This document shows positions 20,174 to 29,062 of a DNA stretch of 64,000 nt, piece by piece. Position numbers and translations under genes: made by a program. Numbering within the stretch: position 1 is the first letter of the stretch; every line of letters begins with the position of its first letter. The notes under the pieces are model-generated. The model saw only the letters and a program-made list of their open reading frames with translations, was not told the DNA's origin and searched no databases. The stretch comes from Escherichia phage APCEc01. The DNA lies in the sequence record NC_029091.1; one strand, given 5' to 3'.

Positions 20174-21130
20174 ATGATGTTAGTTATTGGTTCTCGTGCA
20201 CTTCACTATCACGGTCTTATTGATTCTAGCGCTATTAAAAATAGTGATTGGGACTTTATTGCGGACCAAGGTTCTTGGAATGCATTCAAAAATCAAATGA
20301 TGGGTGTATATGTTCACCAAGATAACCCTGATGTCCAAGTTTTCAAATGCTTCCATAATGGACGCGAAACTCATTTTGAAGCATATATTGTTCCGGCAAT
20401 CACTAATGTCCGTGAATTAGTCGGTGAACTCACTCCTGAAGATTTCACGTCTTCTTATGACCTTTTAAAATACGCCAAGAAAAATTTGACTAAAGACCGT
20501 TTGAACGGGTTTTACTGGGCAACTCCTGAGATATGTCTTGCAATTAAGATGTCTCATCGTTTCAAGAAAAATAATCCATTCTTTTTAAAGACTATGAACC
20601 ATATTCAGTATCTTCGTGGTAAAGGTGTTACACTGAACGATGAACTTACTGAAATTATGCTGAAACGCCAGAAAGAAACCTTGAATTATGCTCACCCAGT
20701 TCTTGACACTTCTAAAAGTGCGTTCTTTAAAGATGACATCTATACATATGACCATGATACTATTCATGAAGCCATTGCACTAACAGACCGTCCAGCGTAT
20801 ACATTTTATATGAAAGATGGTTCTGAAGTCATGACCTCACGCGAGAAGTTCGAATCATTACCAGAAATGGTCAAATTGGCCGGCGTATACGAAGAATCAT
20901 GTGTACTAGCGTTAGAACGTTCTCAGATTCCTAATAACTTTGAAATCCATCCACGTGATAGTTTTATGATGGCCCTTGAAAAGGTCTGTACATCAATCAC
21001 ATCAGGATGGTTCCGTGAGTTCGCTTGGGAAAATTATAGCAAAGTAGTAAGTATGTACCAAAGCTTAGGACACGACGATTACGTCAAGCGTTTCAAACAA
21101 AACTTTCATATGGTAAAACCTTTCAAATAA
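20174..21130 (+). CDS. hypothetical protein, possible minimal nucleotidyltransferase fold
   Basis: 318-aa ORF; N-terminal IGSRALHYHGL...DWDFI resembles a G-S...D-x-D motif (weak). Confidence 0.5.
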   Translation: MMLVIGSRALHYHGLIDSSAIKNSDWDFIADQGSWNAFKNQMMGVYVHQDNPDVQVFKCFHNGRETHFEAYIVPAITNVRELVGELTPEDFTSSYDLLKYAKKNLTKDRLNGFYWATPEICLAIKMSHRFKKNNPFFLKTMNHIQYLRGKGVTLNDELTEIMLKRQKETLNYAHPVLDTSKSAFFKDDIYTYDHDTIHEAIALTDRPAYTFYMKDGSEVMTSREKFESLPEMVKLAGVYEESCVLALERSQIPNNFEIHPRDSFMMALEKVCTSITSGWFREFAWENYSKVVSMYQSLGHDDYVKRFKQNFHMVKPFK

Positions 21131-21142
21131 TTTCACAAAACA

Positions 21143-21185
21143 GTTTACAAGGTCTGTAGTTGTTGATACTATAGACCTATCAAAA
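21143..21185 (+). promoter_or_regulatory. early promoter with stem-loop
   Basis: GTTTACA at 21143-21149, TACTAT at 21167-21172, inverted repeat AGGTCT/AGACCT; upstream TTTCACAAAACAGTTTACA is identical to the 12670 promoter. Confidence 0.55.
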
Positions 21186-21210
21186 CAAATGAGTGAATGG
21201 AGATATAAAA

Positions 21211-21411
21211 ATGACTACTTTGAATAAACGTTTCGGTAAAGCTAAACCTGGTTGTGCAGCAGAACGTCGTTATGTTTTCGCTCAGTTAGAAGATGTAGAG
21301 TATCAGATTAATCAAGTTCACATTACTGGCATCGAGCCTATGTGTGGCCTTGAAGCTCTTCGTGAAGTTCGTGATGGGTATCGTCGTGACATCGAAGAAA
21401 TGTCAAAATAA
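21211..21411 (+). CDS. hypothetical protein
   Basis: 66-aa product from ATG after GGAG. Confidence 0.5.
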   Translation: MTTLNKRFGKAKPGCAAERRYVFAQLEDVEYQINQVHITGIEPMCGLEALREVRDGYRRDIEEMSK

Positions 21412-21455
21412 GTGTACAAACTGATAGGACTATGTTATAGTAGTCCTATTAAAAC
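21412..21455 (+). promoter_or_regulatory. early promoter with stem-loop, repeat family A
   Basis: GTGTACA -35, TATAGT at 21436-21441, palindrome ATAGGACTAT...ATAGTAGTCCTAT. Confidence 0.6.
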
Positions 21456-21469
21456 ATGAGGAGAATATT

Positions 21470-21775
21470 ATGAAATTAGGCGAAACCAACCGAATTGGTC
21501 TTTTAACAATATTTGTATCACTTTTTTACGCAGCTCTTTCTGTTGCAGTATTACAAAAGGCTTACAGTATGGATGGTGTTCCTGGTTTTGTATTCTTATC
21601 GCCGTTTTTGCTATTCGTTGGAGCATTGTTATTATATGCCACGACTAGTTTCGACCATAACGTCTGGGTCAATTATAAATGTAAATTGTCTGAAGAAGAA
21701 CACGCAGAAGCTCGTAAAAAAGCTATTGAATCTACCAATCTAGAAAATTTCATTAAAGAATGTCGAGGAAAATAA
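21470..21775 (+). CDS. hypothetical membrane protein; C-terminal NFIKECR motif
   Basis: 101 aa, two hydrophobic segments, ends ...NLENFIKECRGK. Confidence 0.5.
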   Translation: MKLGETNRIGLLTIFVSLFYAALSVAVLQKAYSMDGVPGFVFLSPFLLFVGALLLYATTSFDHNVWVNYKCKLSEEEHAEARKKAIESTNLENFIKECRGK

Positions 21776-21776
21776 T

Positions 21777-22463
21777 ATGAATAGTTCTAAAGTGTTTAAT
21801 AGTCAAGCTCGTGCAGTAGGTGGTTTTGCTCATGCGATTAAAAATGACCAGATTAAAAACGAGCCTATGTTCTTTAATTGCGATTTGAATTTTGCTTTTG
21901 ATAACGGCGGTCCAATTACTCGTAGCTTTATCCAAAATCTCCCTGACGATTGGAAAGACTCGGATGTAGTATTTGATTCACGAGTCCATATGCTGATGCC
22001 TGGTTGGTATCCTGCTATTCCTGGTTATCACCATGATGACGTACCACGCCCGGATATTCCGGTTGGTCAACATTTTATTACTGCAGGACAACCTGACTAT
22101 GACAATCCTCGCTATTTGTCTGAACATATTCTTGGTCTTGTTAACGCTGATGTGTGTCCTACTCATTTTGCAACAGGAACTGCAGAGTTCAGTCAGATTC
22201 CTGATGGCGAACTTATCTATCGCCAGTGGCACAAAGAAGTCCTCGAAAAAATCGAAAAAGGCGAACTAGAGAAATGGGAAGCTCCAGATCGTACTCTTCT
22301 TCAGTTTGATTGGCAAACATGGCACACTGGTTCTCGTGCAATTAGTAACGGATGGCGTTGGTTCGGACGTGTATCTCGTAATACAGACCGAGTTAAAAAG
22401 ATTACCAATGAAATTCGTGTCAATGCCCAAGTTTATCTGGAATTCCCTATGGAAGGATGGTAA
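21777..22463 (+). CDS. hypothetical protein
   Basis: 228-aa ORF, His/Asp-rich (PGYHHDDVP); no confident family assignment. Confidence 0.55.
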   Translation: MNSSKVFNSQARAVGGFAHAIKNDQIKNEPMFFNCDLNFAFDNGGPITRSFIQNLPDDWKDSDVVFDSRVHMLMPGWYPAIPGYHHDDVPRPDIPVGQHFITAGQPDYDNPRYLSEHILGLVNADVCPTHFATGTAEFSQIPDGELIYRQWHKEVLEKIEKGELEKWEAPDRTLLQFDWQTWHTGSRAISNGWRWFGRVSRNTDRVKKITNEIRVNAQVYLEFPMEGW

Positions 22464-22954
22464 TGATTAACAAAACATATTGGTCTAATATAGACGATGG
22501 CAACGAAGGTATTTCATACTATTCAGTAGATTGGACAGGATGTCCATCCTACTTAGTGAAACATATTTGCCAAGAATTTAAAATCGACCAGCCAGCAGGT
22601 ATTATCGTGAACAGATACATTAATGGATATCAACCTATCGATGAAGTAATACGAACAACTCAAGCTGAGCTTGAAAAGTTTTTCAATAAGTGCCAATGGA
22701 TAACAGGATGGATTATATTTGTACCGTCGGTATGGTTTTTTAGTACTAAGGTGAGTTCTTTCGGTTTTGTTGATATTATTGCTATCTTATTAGCATCTGC
22801 TATCGTAAGTATAATTGGCGGTATAATTGGTGGAGGTACTGTAGGCATCATTATTAATCTTGTTAAAAGTAGTTTACAAGAACGTAAAGACAAGATAAAG
22901 GCCAAGAATAATGAAGTTGAACGTTTTATTACCGAATGCAGGAATTTGAGATGA
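22457..22954 (+). CDS. hypothetical membrane protein; C-terminal RFITECR motif
   Basis: 165 aa, hydrophobic central region with GGxIGG repeats, ends ...NEVERFITECRNLR. Confidence 0.5.
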   Translation: MVMINKTYWSNIDDGNEGISYYSVDWTGCPSYLVKHICQEFKIDQPAGIIVNRYINGYQPIDEVIRTTQAELEKFFNKCQWITGWIIFVPSVWFFSTKVSSFGFVDIIAILLASAIVSIIGGIIGGGTVGIIINLVKSSLQERKDKIKAKNNEVERFITECRNLR

Positions 22955-23187
22955 GTATAGCAATTTACATTAAATCAGAATCATGTGATAGTTATCTGTA
23001 CACATATGATAAAGATGTGTCAGAAGAAAAAATCAAAGACGACCTTAATATGGACCTTGATATGTTCTGTCCTATTGCAGATTACAAACTTGCGGTCTCT
23101 AATAGTGAAAGTCCATCTAAAGAAACGCGCATTGAAGAATTTATGTCCGAATTAATGGCCAAATCATGGGACCGAGATGATGAGTAA
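22951..23187 (+). CDS. hypothetical acidic protein
   Basis: 78-aa product from second ATG. Confidence 0.45.
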   Translation: MSIAIYIKSESCDSYLYTYDKDVSEEKIKDDLNMDLDMFCPIADYKLAVSNSESPSKETRIEEFMSELMAKSWDRDDE

Positions 23188-23635
23188 GAAAAATAAAGTG
23201 AAAGAACTATCAGCCGGTATTATTTTCCTTACCGAAGATAAAGAATTATTCATGGGGCGTGTAACTGGTTCTCGTCCTAAAGGTGCATTAGCTCATCGGT
23301 GGGATATTCCTAAAGGCCGTGTCGAACCTGGCGAATCTCCTATTGAAGCCGCTATTCGTGAATGCGAAGAAGAAACTGGGTTTACACAATATGACCCTGC
23401 CTTCCTGAAAGACCTAGGTGAACATCATTACTCAGACAATAAGAATATTCATCTGTTCCTATATACCATCCCTGTAGAGCACGAGCAATTCAGAAACAGT
23501 GTTTGTAATTCCTATCATACATTCCCAGACGGACGACAGATTCCTGAATTTGATGCATTCGCTTTAATTAAACCTTCTCAATGGGAATATGTAATGGGTA
23601 AATCATTATATAAGGTGCTCACTACACTCCTATAA
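23177..23635 (+). CDS. nudE: Nudix hydrolase (NudE-like)
   Basis: 152 aa with Nudix box GRVEPGESPIEAAIRECEEETGF; directly upstream of lysozyme as in T4 (e.1). Confidence 0.85.
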   Translation: MMSKKNKVKELSAGIIFLTEDKELFMGRVTGSRPKGALAHRWDIPKGRVEPGESPIEAAIRECEEETGFTQYDPAFLKDLGEHHYSDNKNIHLFLYTIPVEHEQFRNSVCNSYHTFPDGRQIPEFDAFALIKPSQWEYVMGKSLYKVLTTLL

Positions 23636-23642
23636 GTAATAA

Positions 23643-23668
23643 ATACCTCCTATAAACGTGGGAGGTAT
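23643..23668 (+). promoter_or_regulatory. hairpin sequestering the gene e ribosome-binding site, late-promoter-like loop
   Basis: Perfect 8-bp stem ATACCTCC/GGAGGTAT; 3' arm is the Shine-Dalgarno 2 nt before the ATG; loop TATAAACGTG resembles TATAAATA. Confidence 0.6.
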
Positions 23669-23669
23669 T

Positions 23670-24158
23670 ATGAATATATTTGAAATGCTTCGTAATGACG
23701 AAGGTCTTAGACTGACTTTATACAAAGACACTGAAGGCTTTTGGACGATTGGCATAGGCCATTTAGTAACAAAGAACCCGTCTTTAGCCGTAGCTAAAGC
23801 TGAACTTGACAGAATGATCGGTCGTAAATGCAACGGTACAATTACCCTTGATGAGGCTGAAAAGCTATTTAATGAAGACGTTGATAAAGCCGTCCGCGGA
23901 ATCTTGGGTAATGCTAAACTTAAACCGGTATATGATTCTTTAGACGCAGTTCGTCGGTGTGCATTGGTCAATATGGTCTTCCAAATGGGTGTAGCAGGAG
24001 TCGCCGGTTTTACTAATTCTCTTCGTATGCTTCAACAGAAACGTTGGGATGAAGCGGCAGTAAATCTAGCCCAATCTAAATGGTATCGTCAGACACCTAA
24101 TCGCGCGAAACGCGTAATCTCAACATTTAAAACAGGAACTTGGAAAGCGTATATATGA
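23670..24158 (+). CDS. e: endolysin, T4 lysozyme family
   Basis: 162-aa product [32 protein letters not shown]..., close to T4 lysozyme. Confidence 0.95.
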   Translation: MNIFEMLRNDEGLRLTLYKDTEGFWTIGIGHLVTKNPSLAVAKAELDRMIGRKCNGTITLDEAEKLFNEDVDKAVRGILGNAKLKPVYDSLDAVRRCALVNMVFQMGVAGVAGFTNSLRMLQQKRWDEAAVNLAQSKWYRQTPNRAKRVISTFKTGTWKAYI

Positions 24159-24436
24159 AAACATATAGTGAATTTTTATCAGAATCTATTCTTAACGAAG
24201 CTACTGACACATTTGCAACTAAGCTAGGTGCAGCTTTGGTTGAAGCTGAAAGTCTATTAGCACGTATTTCTGAACTTGCTAGTAAGATAGATACTCGCAA
24301 ATTTGAACGTACCAGCGATATCGCTAAGCTTGAAGCCTTGTTGCGTATGTGCGATAAACCAGAAGAAATCGCTAAGAACGGCTCGCTGATGAAACAACGT
24401 CTTGAAAAATATATTTCAGGCGCTTCAGAAAAATAG
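24155..24436 (+). CDS. internal protein candidate with capsid-targeting N-terminus
   Basis: 93 aa starting [11 protein letters not shown]; start overlaps lysozyme stop (ATGA). Confidence 0.65.
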   Translation: MKTYSEFLSESILNEATDTFATKLGAALVEAESLLARISELASKIDTRKFERTSDIAKLEALLRMCDKPEEIAKNGSLMKQRLEKYISGASEK

Positions 24437-24437
24437 T

Positions 24438-24490
24438 GTTTACTTCCTCCAAGGGTTTTGATACTATACATTCATCAACTACTTGGAGGA
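24438..24490 (+). promoter_or_regulatory. early promoter with stem-loop
   Basis: GTTTACT at 24438-24444, TACTAT at 24462-24467, inverted repeat TTCCTCCAAG/CTTGGAGGAA whose 3' arm is the denV RBS. Confidence 0.55.
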
Positions 24491-24494
24491 AATT

Positions 24495-24908
24495 ATGACT
24501 CGTATCAATTTAACACTTGTTTCTGAACTGTCCGACCAACATCTTATGGCTGAGTATCGTGAATTACCACGCGTATTTGGTGCAGTCCGTAAACATGTTC
24601 AAAACGGTAAACGTGTAAAGGATTTTAAAATCTCTCCAACATTTATCTTAGGCACAGGTCACGTAACATTCTTTTACGACAAACTCGAATTTTTACGTTT
24701 ACGTCAAATCGAGCTAATCGCTGAATGCTTGAAACGTGGTTTCAAAATCAAGGACACGACTGTCCAGGATATTTCCGACATTCCTGTAGAATTTCGTAAT
24801 AATTACGTCCCGTCCGAAGCGTCCATTGCGATAAGTCAAGCACGCTTAGATGAAAAAATTGCTCAACGTCCGACTTGGTACAAATACTATGGTAAATCAA
24901 TTTACTAA
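24495..24908 (+). CDS. denV: endonuclease V (pyrimidine-dimer DNA glycosylase)
   Basis: 137-aa product [34 protein letters not shown]..., close to T4 DenV. Confidence 0.92.
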   Translation: MTRINLTLVSELSDQHLMAEYRELPRVFGAVRKHVQNGKRVKDFKISPTFILGTGHVTFFYDKLEFLRLRQIELIAECLKRGFKIKDTTVQDISDIPVEFRNNYVPSEASIAISQARLDEKIAQRPTWYKYYGKSIY

Positions 24909-24915
24909 GGAAAAA

Positions 24916-25176
24916 ATGAAAATGTATCAAGAATTTATCATTGAAGTAGATGCCAAAGACCCCAAATTTAAAGTTAAAGCTTTCATTGGTGATGCGGAAG
25001 ACTTTGGCTCATTAAAACGTAATGGGTATTCTTTCTTGGGTGGCGATGGTAAAGAAATCAACACCTATGCAAAACGTAGTGAAATTGCTTATGTTGTAGT
25101 AAGTCCTAAAGTAGATGTTGACGATATTGGATACGATTTTAACAACTTCGGAATTATTTCTGGCGGTAAAGCTTAA
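24916..25176 (+). CDS. internal protein candidate with capsid-targeting N-terminus
   Basis: 86 aa starting MKMYQEFIIEV. Confidence 0.6.
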   Translation: MKMYQEFIIEVDAKDPKFKVKAFIGDAEDFGSLKRNGYSFLGGDGKEINTYAKRSEIAYVVVSPKVDVDDIGYDFNNFGIISGGKA

Positions 25177-25179
25177 ATT

Positions 25180-25215
25180 GTTTACGCTTAAGTATTAATA
25201 TGGTATAATTACTCT
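25180..25215 (+). promoter_or_regulatory. early promoter (GTTTACG -35, TATAAT -10)
   Basis: GTTTACG at 25180-25186, TGGTATAAT at 25201-25209. Confidence 0.55.
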
Positions 25216-25239
25216 ATCAAAACAAACAAGGAAACAAAA

Positions 25240-25554
25240 ATGAAAACGTATAAAGAATTTATTGCAGAATCCGCCAACCAACGCGTTGAAGGTGGTTATA
25301 TTTGGATTGAACAAGTTGAGCCACCGAGCCGCACTTCTACAGGTAAATGGAAAATTACTGTTGACGGTCCTGGCGGTAAACGTAGGACTCTTAAAGAAAT
25401 TAACGGGTACTATGAAGAAGCTCTTTCGGATGCAGGAACTTACATGATGCAAATCATGATTAAAAACCCTGAAAACCGTTTTGCAGCTAAAGTCTTCCGT
25501 CGTATTGGTAATAAACTTTATGATGCATACTCTAAAAACTTCCCTAAAGAATAA
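25240..25554 (+). CDS. internal protein candidate with capsid-targeting N-terminus
   Basis: 104 aa starting MKTYKEFIAES. Confidence 0.65.
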   Translation: MKTYKEFIAESANQRVEGGYIWIEQVEPPSRTSTGKWKITVDGPGGKRRTLKEINGYYEEALSDAGTYMMQIMIKNPENRFAAKVFRRIGNKLYDAYSKNFPKE

Positions 25555-25579
25555 CATAAATTAAAACAATAGGAACAAA

Positions 25580-25909
25580 ATGAAAACATATCAGGAGTTT
25601 ATCACTGAAGTTACATTATCTGCGGAACAGAAAGCTGCTATCGAAGAAGGTAAAAATCCCAAAGTAACATACAAAGTAAATAGTAAAGGCGTTTTTGATG
25701 GCTTGGTTCAAGACCCTGAATTGAAAAAAGCTCTTTCTAAAACTAATGCGTACTTTGCTCCTAAATTTAACACAGCCGGTGTACTTATTGGATTGGACGT
25801 ATTCAACTCTAAAGGTGTTCTATCTAATGCCTTTGGTTATGCCGCTAACAAAATTACCAAAGCAGCATGGGAATCCAATACCAAACAAGCTCAAAAGCCT
25901 AGAGTATAA
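25580..25909 (+). CDS. internal protein candidate with capsid-targeting N-terminus
   Basis: 109 aa starting MKTYQEFITEV. Confidence 0.65.
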   Translation: MKTYQEFITEVTLSAEQKAAIEEGKNPKVTYKVNSKGVFDGLVQDPELKKALSKTNAYFAPKFNTAGVLIGLDVFNSKGVLSNAFGYAANKITKAAWESNTKQAQKPRV

Positions 25910-26082
25910 TTCTTGCCTAATAAAGGGAAACGCAACCTCTCCTCATGAACGTCGAGTCCTCTGAGTGATGTACCTTTTCCAACCTGTAATAAGGTCGAGC
26001 CCAAGTGCGGTAATGGGTTTACATAGCGAGTCGAAGGACCTAACATGTGCCACGGAATGGCCCAAACCTTAAGAGAAATAAT

Positions 26083-26622
26083 ATGAGAACATTTTTAACT
26101 GGACCTTATCTATCCCTGATGAATGCTTTTACACACCATTCTGATGCTAGAGTAGAAGAAATTTGTAAGAACGGTTATGTCCCACCATTTGAAGACGTAC
26201 TCAAGCAGTACTGTACACTTCGTTTAGACGGCGGCCGACAATCAGGTAAATCAATTGCTGTGACTAACTTTGCTGCTAATTGGCTGTATGATGGCGGAAC
26301 AGTTATTGTTCTTTCTAATACTTCAGCTTATGCTAAAATTTCTGCTGGCAACATTGAAAAAGAATTTTCGCGTTATTCTAGCGACGATATTCGATTCCGT
26401 TTATTTACTGATTCTGTTCGTAGTTTTATTGGCAATGAAGGTTCTAAATTCCGTGGATTAACGCTTTCTCGTATTCTGTATATAATTGACGAGCCTATTA
26501 AAGCTCCTGATATGGATAAGATTTACAATGTACATATTAAAACAGTCCAACACTGTTGCAAAAGCAAATATTGCATCGGCGGTAATGCTCGTCCTCAATT
26601 TTTTGTGATTGGAATGCAATGA
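26083..26622 (+). CDS. hypothetical protein with P-loop-like motif
   Basis: 179-aa product; LDGGRQSGKSIAV resembles a Walker A motif. Confidence 0.5.
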   Translation: MRTFLTGPYLSLMNAFTHHSDARVEEICKNGYVPPFEDVLKQYCTLRLDGGRQSGKSIAVTNFAANWLYDGGTVIVLSNTSAYAKISAGNIEKEFSRYSSDDIRFRLFTDSVRSFIGNEGSKFRGLTLSRILYIIDEPIKAPDMDKIYNVHIKTVQHCCKSKYCIGGNARPQFFVIGMQ

Positions 26623-26927
26623 TGACCACTATTGAAGTTTTTGAATATTGTTATAACAGCCCAGTATGCAATAAAAGGGCCCTTGTAGAAAATTACGAGA
26701 TTTACCATTTTAAACCTAAACGATACCGTTTGACTAAAGGTCCGTTCGCAGGGCAGCAGGTTCTTTGTACTGCTCCTAATGCACGGTTGATGACTAGTAT
26801 TCCACATTTCAAAATGGAATTTATTGACGGGCCATTTAAGGGATTAATCACTCAAAGTTTAATGGCGTTTAATTCCGACCCATTTTTGATTAAAGAAAAA
26901 ACTTGGATAAATTTATTTTCTAATTGA
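26619..26927 (+). CDS. hypothetical protein
   Basis: 102-aa ORF, start overlaps upstream stop. Confidence 0.5.
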   Translation: MMTTIEVFEYCYNSPVCNKRALVENYEIYHFKPKRYRLTKGPFAGQQVLCTAPNARLMTSIPHFKMEFIDGPFKGLITQSLMAFNSDPFLIKEKTWINLFSN

Positions 26928-26933
26928 GGTTAT

Positions 26934-27296
26934 ATGAAAGCATATCAAATTCTTGAAGGCACACACAAAGGCACTATTTATTTTGAAGACGGTACTCAAG
27001 CCCGGATTATTGTCTCTAAGACTTTTAAAGAAGACGCTATTGTAGACCCGGAAATTTTCTACGGTTTGCATGCCCGTGAAATTGAAATTGAACATCACCC
27101 TAAAGTTAAAATTGAAGGTGGTCAACATCTGAACGTTAACGTTCTGCGTCGTGAAACTCTAGAAGATGCAGTTAAGCATCCAGAAAAATATCCGCAGCTG
27201 ACCATCCGTGTATCTGGTTATGCAGTTCGCTTTAACTCTCTGACTCCGGAACAGCAGCGCGACGTTATCGCTCGCACCTTTACTGAGAGTCTATAA
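26934..27296 (+). CDS. autonomous glycyl-radical cofactor (GrcA/YfiD-like)
   Basis: 120 aa; C-terminal [20 protein letters not shown] carries the glycyl-radical fingerprint RVSGYAV. Confidence 0.75.
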   Translation: MKAYQILEGTHKGTIYFEDGTQARIIVSKTFKEDAIVDPEIFYGLHAREIEIEHHPKVKIEGGQHLNVNVLRRETLEDAVKHPEKYPQLTIRVSGYAVRFNSLTPEQQRDVIARTFTESL

Positions 27297-27520
27297 TGGC
27301 TAAATTGATTATAGAAGGGTCTGAAGATGTTTTAAAATGTTTTGCCGCCTGGTTTAGTTGCTCAGGCGAGCAATCATTCACTGAAGCATTTAGAATGGGT
27401 GATATTACCGGAAACTATCCGGCAACTGATATCACTGTACGTGGATATGGTATTAATGAGCCTATCCAATTGGTCGAATATGACCTTGCCACTGATGAGG
27501 AAATTCCTTATGTCGATTGA
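27296..27520 (+). CDS. hypothetical protein
   Basis: 74-aa ORF. Confidence 0.45.
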   Translation: MAKLIIEGSEDVLKCFAAWFSCSGEQSFTEAFRMGDITGNYPATDITVRGYGINEPIQLVEYDLATDEEIPYVD

Positions 27521-27776
27521 AGACATCAAAGGCTACAAGCCGCATACCGATGATAAAATCGGTAAAGTGAACGCTATTAAAGATGCAGAAGTCCGTCTTG
27601 GATTGTTGTTTGATGCTCTGATTGAAGAAGCATATATCTTGAAAGAAAATGAAACAGAGCAACAAACCAAAGAAGATATGGATGCAGTGCAGGCTCTTAA
27701 GTATGCTAAGCAACATCTAAAAGAAGCCAGCATGTGGGCGTGTCGTGCAGTATTTCGACCTGAGGAAAAATACTAA
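27510..27776 (+). CDS. hypothetical protein
   Basis: 88-aa product from internal ATG (MSIEDIKGYKPHTDDK...). Confidence 0.45.
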   Translation: MSIEDIKGYKPHTDDKIGKVNAIKDAEVRLGLLFDALIEEAYILKENETEQQTKEDMDAVQALKYAKQHLKEASMWACRAVFRPEEKY

Positions 27777-27991
27777 TGGCTTCTACTATTACTGGGTTAT
27801 TGGACTTTCAAGAAAAGGTCAACAAAATTTGTAGTGAATACTTAAAGTATCTTGAAGAAGACCTTGAAGATTGTAAGGAAGAAGGCGAAGAAGACTATGC
27901 TGACCAGCGTCGACGCCAAATCGAAGAGATGAGGCATTTCGCCAATATGGTATCTAAAGAATCTTGGGCTTTAACTCCATTTTATCAATAA
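27776..27991 (+). CDS. hypothetical acidic protein
   Basis: 71-aa ORF. Confidence 0.45.
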   Translation: MASTITGLLDFQEKVNKICSEYLKYLEEDLEDCKEEGEEDYADQRRRQIEEMRHFANMVSKESWALTPFYQ

Positions 27992-27995
27992 AGTA

Positions 27996-28046
27996 GTTTA
28001 CTTCTCCTCTAGTTGTGTTACTATAGACCTGTCAACTAGAGGAGAA
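27996..28046 (+). promoter_or_regulatory. early promoter with stem-loop
   Basis: GTTTACT at 27996-28002, TACTAT at 28019-28024, 13-bp inverted repeat TCTCCTCTAGTTG/CAACTAGAGGAGA; 3' arm contains the regB RBS. Confidence 0.6.
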
Positions 28047-28052
28047 ATCAAA

Positions 28053-28511
28053 ATGACTATCAATTCAGACGTTTTTATCCGCCGTAATAAACTCCGTCGA
28101 ATCTTTGAAACGGAGTTCCGCAAAATAAATGCCGGTATAAAAGATGCTGCAAAGTCTCTTGGACTACCAGGCTTTCATATCAAGTATTCTCAACATCTCT
28201 TAGATCGTGCCATCCAGAGAGAAATAGATGAGAATTACGTTTTTGAATTATTTCATAAAGTAAAAAATCATGTTAAAGAAGTTGCAGAATTTTTATCAAT
28301 GCCGGCACGTCCAGATGTTGATGAAGATTTTGTCGAAGGTGTCGAATATCGCCCAGGCCGTTTAGAAATAACTGATGGAAATCTTTGGTTAGGACTTACA
28401 GTTTGTCGCGAAAATCCGGCATTCAAAATGAAGACTCTTCAATGCAGAATGGCTATTATTAACAATAAACGACTACCAGGAAAAGCTTCTAAAGCAGTGA
28501 TTAAAATCTAG
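28053..28511 (+). CDS. regB: site-specific endoribonuclease RegB
   Basis: 152 aa, MTINSDVFIRRNKLRRIFETEFRKIN...AIINNKRLPGKASKAVIKI, close to T4 RegB. Confidence 0.9.
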   Translation: MTINSDVFIRRNKLRRIFETEFRKINAGIKDAAKSLGLPGFHIKYSQHLLDRAIQREIDENYVFELFHKVKNHVKEVAEFLSMPARPDVDEDFVEGVEYRPGRLEITDGNLWLGLTVCRENPAFKMKTLQCRMAIINNKRLPGKASKAVIKI

Positions 28512-28519
28512 AGGTAAAC

Positions 28520-29062
28520 ATGAGAAAAGCACTACTCGCTGGTCTATTTGCTCTTTCATTATCAGCACATAGCTCCGAGCATACTTTTAGTAATGTCCAA
28601 CTCGATAACTTGAATTATGCTTATCAGTTTGGGGAACAGTTTTCTAAGGATGGAAAATTTAAAACGCATGAAAATATGCATAAGAAAGGACTTGGATACA
28701 TAATGGCCGCAATACTATGGCAGGAATCATCTGCCGGTATTAATCTTAAAGATAAGAAAGGTCACCATGCGTATGGAATGTTCCAAAATTATCTACCGAC
28801 AATGAGGGCAAGAATTAACCAGCTTGGTTATAATATGACTGATGCCCAAATTAAGAAAATGCTATCTAAGCGGTCTAATTCAGCCAGATGGGCTTATATC
28901 GAATTTTCTTATTGGTTAAATATACATAACGGGGATATAAGAAAAGCTATATCCTCATATAATGCGGGATGGAAGACAAGTGCCGGAAGTAAATATGCTT
29001 CTGAAGTCCTAGAAAAGGCTAATTACCTTAAATCAAATAAACTACTGGAAATAAAAGAATGA
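28520..29062 (+). CDS. secreted lytic-transglycosylase-like protein
   Basis: 180 aa, N-terminal signal peptide, WQESSAG...YGMFQ resembles the SLT catalytic motif. Confidence 0.55.
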   Translation: MRKALLAGLFALSLSAHSSEHTFSNVQLDNLNYAYQFGEQFSKDGKFKTHENMHKKGLGYIMAAILWQESSAGINLKDKKGHHAYGMFQNYLPTMRARINQLGYNMTDAQIKKMLSKRSNSARWAYIEFSYWLNIHNGDIRKAISSYNAGWKTSAGSKYASEVLEKANYLKSNKLLEIKE

